Below are positions 19,927 through 22,692 of a DNA stretch of 22,692 nucleotides, piece after piece. Each line of letters starts with the position of its first letter. Positions within the stretch are counted from its first letter, which is position 1. A program made the position numbers and the translations under genes. The notes beneath the pieces are model-generated. The model made no database searches, was not told where the DNA came from, and saw only the letters and a program-made list of their open reading frames with translations. Origin of the DNA: Armatimonadota bacterium (GTDB lineage: Bacteria > Armatimonadota > UBA5829 > DTLH01); NCBI GenBank assembly GCA_039680575.1, contig JBDKSP010000041.1:1-22692 (forward strand). The letters run 5' to 3'.

Positions 19927-20499
19927 TTGTGCAACGTGGAGGTAACGCAACTGAAGATCATCCGCATCGTATTTCAAGACATTCAACCCAGGTTCGACCC
20001 TACAGGACAACCGCCAAAGTGCGTTCTGGTGCTGGACATGGAAGACCAGAAGGGACTTTGCACAAATGATGTGCCCTGTATCGCGGAAAAGCTCGAAAAA
20101 GCGCTTCCCGGTATCTTCCCGGACGAGAACAGCCCTGTTGACCACTCCTGCGGCGGGCGCGGCTCGGACGTCGAAAAGCACAGCTTCCGAGAGGAAATAG
20201 AGCGTGGGACTAACATACCACATCTTCTGGAGCACGTGCTGATATATCTGCTCAGCCGGAGGTCCAACCACTGCGCGGCATATTGCGGCCAGCGCTCTGT
20301 CGATCTTGAACAGGGAATAGACACGCATTACTATCTTGTGATGGAATGCCCTTCCGAGCTTGAGGCAGTAGTCGCAATCGATCTGGGATTTCAGATTGTA
20401 TCCGCGTTGATTAACGGCAGTACGATGGTTATAGACCCTGTCAAAGTGTTGGACGGCATACAACGGGCCCTAGAGCCAATGGTCAACCTGGCTGCATAA
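19927..20499 (+). CDS. Stand-alone cyanophycin synthetase N-terminal-domain-like protein (putative Zn hydrolase)
   Basis: LPG...DHSC...F.EEIERGT.IPHLLEHV...GQR matches the CphA N-domain pattern; no ATP-grasp or Mur-ligase domain. Start may be CTG 19951. Confidence 0.72.
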   Translation: MCNVEVTQLKIIRIVFQDIQPRFDPTGQPPKCVLVLDMEDQKGLCTNDVPCIAEKLEKALPGIFPDENSPVDHSCGGRGSDVEKHSFREEIERGTNIPHLLEHVLIYLLSRRSNHCAAYCGQRSVDLEQGIDTHYYLVMECPSELEAVVAIDLGFQIVSALINGSTMVIDPVKVLDGIQRALEPMVNLAA

Positions 20500-20548
20500 A
20501 TACCGGATCACTGAATGCAATATTCCTCAGTATCAAGCCCCTTTTAAG

Positions 20549-20600
20549 GAGTTTCGGATGAAACGGTATTTATTATTCGTTACATCAACTGCCAAAACTC
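20549..20600 (+). repeat. Structured dispersed repeat B, copy 2
   Basis: GAGTTTCGG...ACATCAACTGCCAAAACTC. Confidence 0.75.
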
Positions 20601-20705
20601 TGCAGTTATGCCGATAATATGAGCATATCAGGAACCTTAGCGGCCTGACGAGAGTCATAAAAGAAGAGCTACGCCGGTGAACTCCGGCGCGGAAGGAGTC
20701 GCAGG

Positions 20706-21185
20706 TTGGGAAAATCACCGGGTACATTAATCGATTGCCAAACAACCCACGATCTGGCGGTCAGCCGCTTGGCTGATTCAAGATTCTGCATTGACGATTG
20801 GGCTGTCAGGACAAACACTTGCTCCAAGCCGGGTTATATTTTCGAGTCTACAATTCCGGATATAGTAGCGGAGTGCGATGGGCGGATAGTGGCAATCGGA
20901 GAAGTGGAAACTCTTGAGACCATTTCTCCGGAACGTGCTGAACAGTGGAAATCCTTTGGCGAAACATGCGTCAGGTTTTATATATATGTTCCTGAGGGCG
21001 CTGAGGAAACAACTGCGCATTTGATCGCAGAACACAACGTCATGTGCGCCGGAGTGAGAAGCTACAGTCTTAACGAGAAAAACGAAACCAAGCGAGTAGA
21101 CCTGGACCAGGTATGCTGCAACACCGACGATCATCCCTGGTGGCTGTCACTCGGGAGTTCAGACTACAAGTGTTCCAATTCTTAA
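20706..21185 (+). CDS. Hypothetical protein, PD-(D/E)xK nuclease-like fold
   Basis: HD...PDIV...IGEVET...QW..F...FYIYVP; AAGGAG RBS before TTG. Confidence 0.6.
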   Translation: MGKSPGTLIDCQTTHDLAVSRLADSRFCIDDWAVRTNTCSKPGYIFESTIPDIVAECDGRIVAIGEVETLETISPERAEQWKSFGETCVRFYIYVPEGAEETTAHLIAEHNVMCAGVRSYSLNEKNETKRVDLDQVCCNTDDHPWWLSLGSSDYKCSNS

Positions 21186-21499
21186 ATTTCGACACATTAC
21201 CGCTGTGGGCTACAATACTTAAGCGGATCCTGGTAATCCTGATCTTAACGGCACTCGGGCTTCACGCCTATGTGCAGTATAAGAGACAGACCAGGATGAC
21301 TGTGCCTGAACGCTGGGCTTTCTTGGCGTTTTCGGTAATGATGTTGTTCGGCGTTATAGTCAACACAGCTTCTATCGCATTTGCAGCCAAACTCAATCTC
21401 AGGAAGGGTCCTTACAACTTCGGAAGCTTCTCTCTGTTTCTTTTTATTATTTACCTCATCTTTGTAGGCGGCATTACTCACCGAAGACGCACTTATTGA
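21113..21499 (+). CDS. Small 3-TM membrane protein (true start uncertain, probably after 21185)
   Basis: Three hydrophobic segments, a basic C-terminus and a terminator downstream. Confidence 0.5.
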   Translation: MLQHRRSSLVAVTREFRLQVFQFLNFDTLPLWATILKRILVILILTALGLHAYVQYKRQTRMTVPERWAFLAFSVMMLFGVIVNTASIAFAAKLNLRKGPYNFGSFSLFLFIIYLIFVGGITHRRRTY

Positions 21500-21525
21500 C
21501 TTTTGTTTGTGCATTCAGCAGATAA

Positions 21526-21568
21526 GCATAAAAAGCGAGACCGGAACCTCCGGTCTCGCTTTTTATGC
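21526..21568. terminator. Bidirectional intrinsic terminator
   Basis: GCATAAAAAGCGAGACCGG-AACCT-CCGGTCTCGCTTTTTATGC between convergent genes. Confidence 0.9.
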
Positions 21569-21589
21569 AATATCAAACCGATATTTCGG

Positions 21590-22321
21590 TTATTTATTCG
21601 TTTTTACTCGCCGCGCTCCCCTGTATCTTGACGCATAATATCCCTGGCTGAGTGAGCTTATTATAACGCCCGTGCTTGGGGTGGATGCGTGGATAAATCT
21701 GTTGTTTCCGATATAAAGCCCTACATGAGAGATGCCCTGCCTGCGCGTTGCAAAGAAAACCAGGTCTCCAGGCTGAAGGTCTTTTTTCTCTACGGATTTG
21801 CCGCAAGTCGCCTGTGTCCTGGAGGAGTGCGGAAGGTTTATACCATGTTTGGAATAGACGTGGCGGGTAAAGCCGGAGCAATCAAACCCTCTGGACCCTA
21901 CTCCACCGCGCACATATCTGGCGCCTCTGTAAGAGAGAGCTGTCCGCACGACCTCGGATTTACCAGCGTCCGTTGAGCTCTCGTTCTCTCTTGCTTCGAC
22001 AAGCTGTTTAGCTATTCGCGGGCCAAACCGCCTGACTTCCTTTTCATCCAGCGGAGTACTGCTATTTTCGCTGCTTTTAACTTCACTGTCTTTCTTTGTG
22101 GACGGAATAGTCAGCTTGACACCGATCTTGAGCGGTCTATTTGCGCTTAGATTGTTGGTGCGCTTGATGTCATCGATGGATACACCGTACTTTTTCGATA
22201 TACCCCAGAGCGTATCACCTTTGCTGACCTTATACGATTCGGATGCTACGGCATTTGCCATCGGTAGCATCATCGAGAGGACCGTAATACCGATCCCCAA
22301 AGCGTGAAGTCTCTGCTTCAA
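21590..22321 (-). CDS. Secreted LysM + NlpC/P60 peptidoglycan endopeptidase
   Basis: Signal peptide; LysM YKVSKGDTLWGISKKY; FDCSGF, HVGLY, FIHAS. Start set at TTG 22321 using the AAAGGA RBS and the promoter position. Confidence 0.92.
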   Translation of the reverse strand: MKQRLHALGIGITVLSMMLPMANAVASESYKVSKGDTLWGISKKYGVSIDDIKRTNNLSANRPLKIGVKLTIPSTKKDSEVKSSENSSTPLDEKEVRRFGPRIAKQLVEARENESSTDAGKSEVVRTALSYRGARYVRGGVGSRGFDCSGFTRHVYSKHGINLPHSSRTQATCGKSVEKKDLQPGDLVFFATRRQGISHVGLYIGNNRFIHASTPSTGVIISSLSQGYYASRYRGARRVKTNK

Positions 22322-22364
22322 TACGTCACATCCTTTTCCGGCCGTTTGCCTCATGCTGTCGGTC

Positions 22365-22393
22365 ATAATAACCGAAAGCCTGCATATTGTCAA
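22365..22393 (-). promoter_or_regulatory. Sigma70-type promoter for the LysM-NlpC/P60 gene
   Basis: The minus strand reads TTGACA-17 nt-TATTAT. Confidence 0.8.
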
Positions 22394-22529
22394 CCCGAAT
22401 CCAAACGTGATCCAGGTAAATATACCGGGGAAATATTCCCCGTAACAGCCTTGCATAGAAAACATACACTTGGAAGTATCGGCGGATTGGGCTGGAATAA
22501 TTAGGGCAGTCAGGATCTTTTACCAAAGC

Positions 22530-22568
22530 AGTGCCAAGGGAAGCGGAATATCCGCTTCCCTTGGCACT
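22530..22568. other. Long hairpin serving as group IIC intron target
   Basis: AGTGCCAAGGGAAGCGGA-ATA-TCCGCTTCCCTTGGCACT, an 18-bp perfect stem directly before GTGCG. Confidence 0.8.
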
Positions 22569-22692
22569 GTGCGCCCGGCAGGGCGCAGTAACTAAGGGGT
22601 GAGAGACCCCTGTGGGCCTTGGTGACAGGAACCACTAGCGGAACCGCAAGGGCATCATTGTGAGGTGATGTCTGGAGGAAGCGGAATGCAAA
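22569..22692 (+). mobile_element. Group IIC intron, 5' end (domain I), truncated by the window
   Basis: Begins GTGCGCCCGGCA.GGCGCAGT, then GGGTGAGAGACCC, CGCAAGGG and TCTGGAGGAAGCGG..GCAAA, as in class C intron domain I (e.g. Oceanobacillus iheyensis); inserted behind a stem-loop. Confidence 0.9.

Noticed and set aside
20591..20617. Complete sigma28 promoter
   Set aside because: The -10 GCCGATAA is perfect, but there is no TAAA at the correct spacing, so it is not called as a feature.
20645..20695. CTGACGA as a hammerhead ribozyme core
   Set aside because: No stem II followed by GAAA.
22322..22465. N-terminal extension of the 291-aa ORF in the ORF track
   Set aside because: It spans the promoter and precedes the signal peptide; TTG 22321 has an RBS.
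22322..22500. c-di-AMP (ydaO) riboswitch expected before a LysM-NlpC/P60 gene
   Set aside because: No ydaO consensus is visible, and a strong sigma70 promoter leaves only a ~35-nt leader.

Overview
Bacterial window with an outer-membrane porin gene, so probably a diderm host. It is dominated by a ~14 kb + strand chemosensory cluster: cheY-cheX-cheA-porin-hybrid histidine kinase-REC/GGDEF/EAL-cheR-cheD-cheY-cheX-cheB, preceded by a NarL/LuxR regulator. The cluster has the receptor-modifying enzymes but no MCP and no stand-alone cheW. The gap between cheA and cheR holds a porin, a hybrid kinase and a c-di-GMP enzyme instead, and CheA carries a tandem MshEN-like (c-di-GMP-binding) motif. Four cluster proteins end in -AA, and two different structured repeats each occur twice in intergenic regions. 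The flanks contain a stand-alone homocysteine S-methyltransferase domain, a membrane-protein pseudogene, Fe/Mn SOD, a DUF2267-BON fusion, a stand-alone cyanophycin-synthetase N-domain-like protein, a PD-(D/E)xK-like protein and a LysM-NlpC/P60 hydrolase. The 5' end of a group IIC intron sits at the base of a hairpin at the window end. All calls come from reading motifs by eye; no searches were run.
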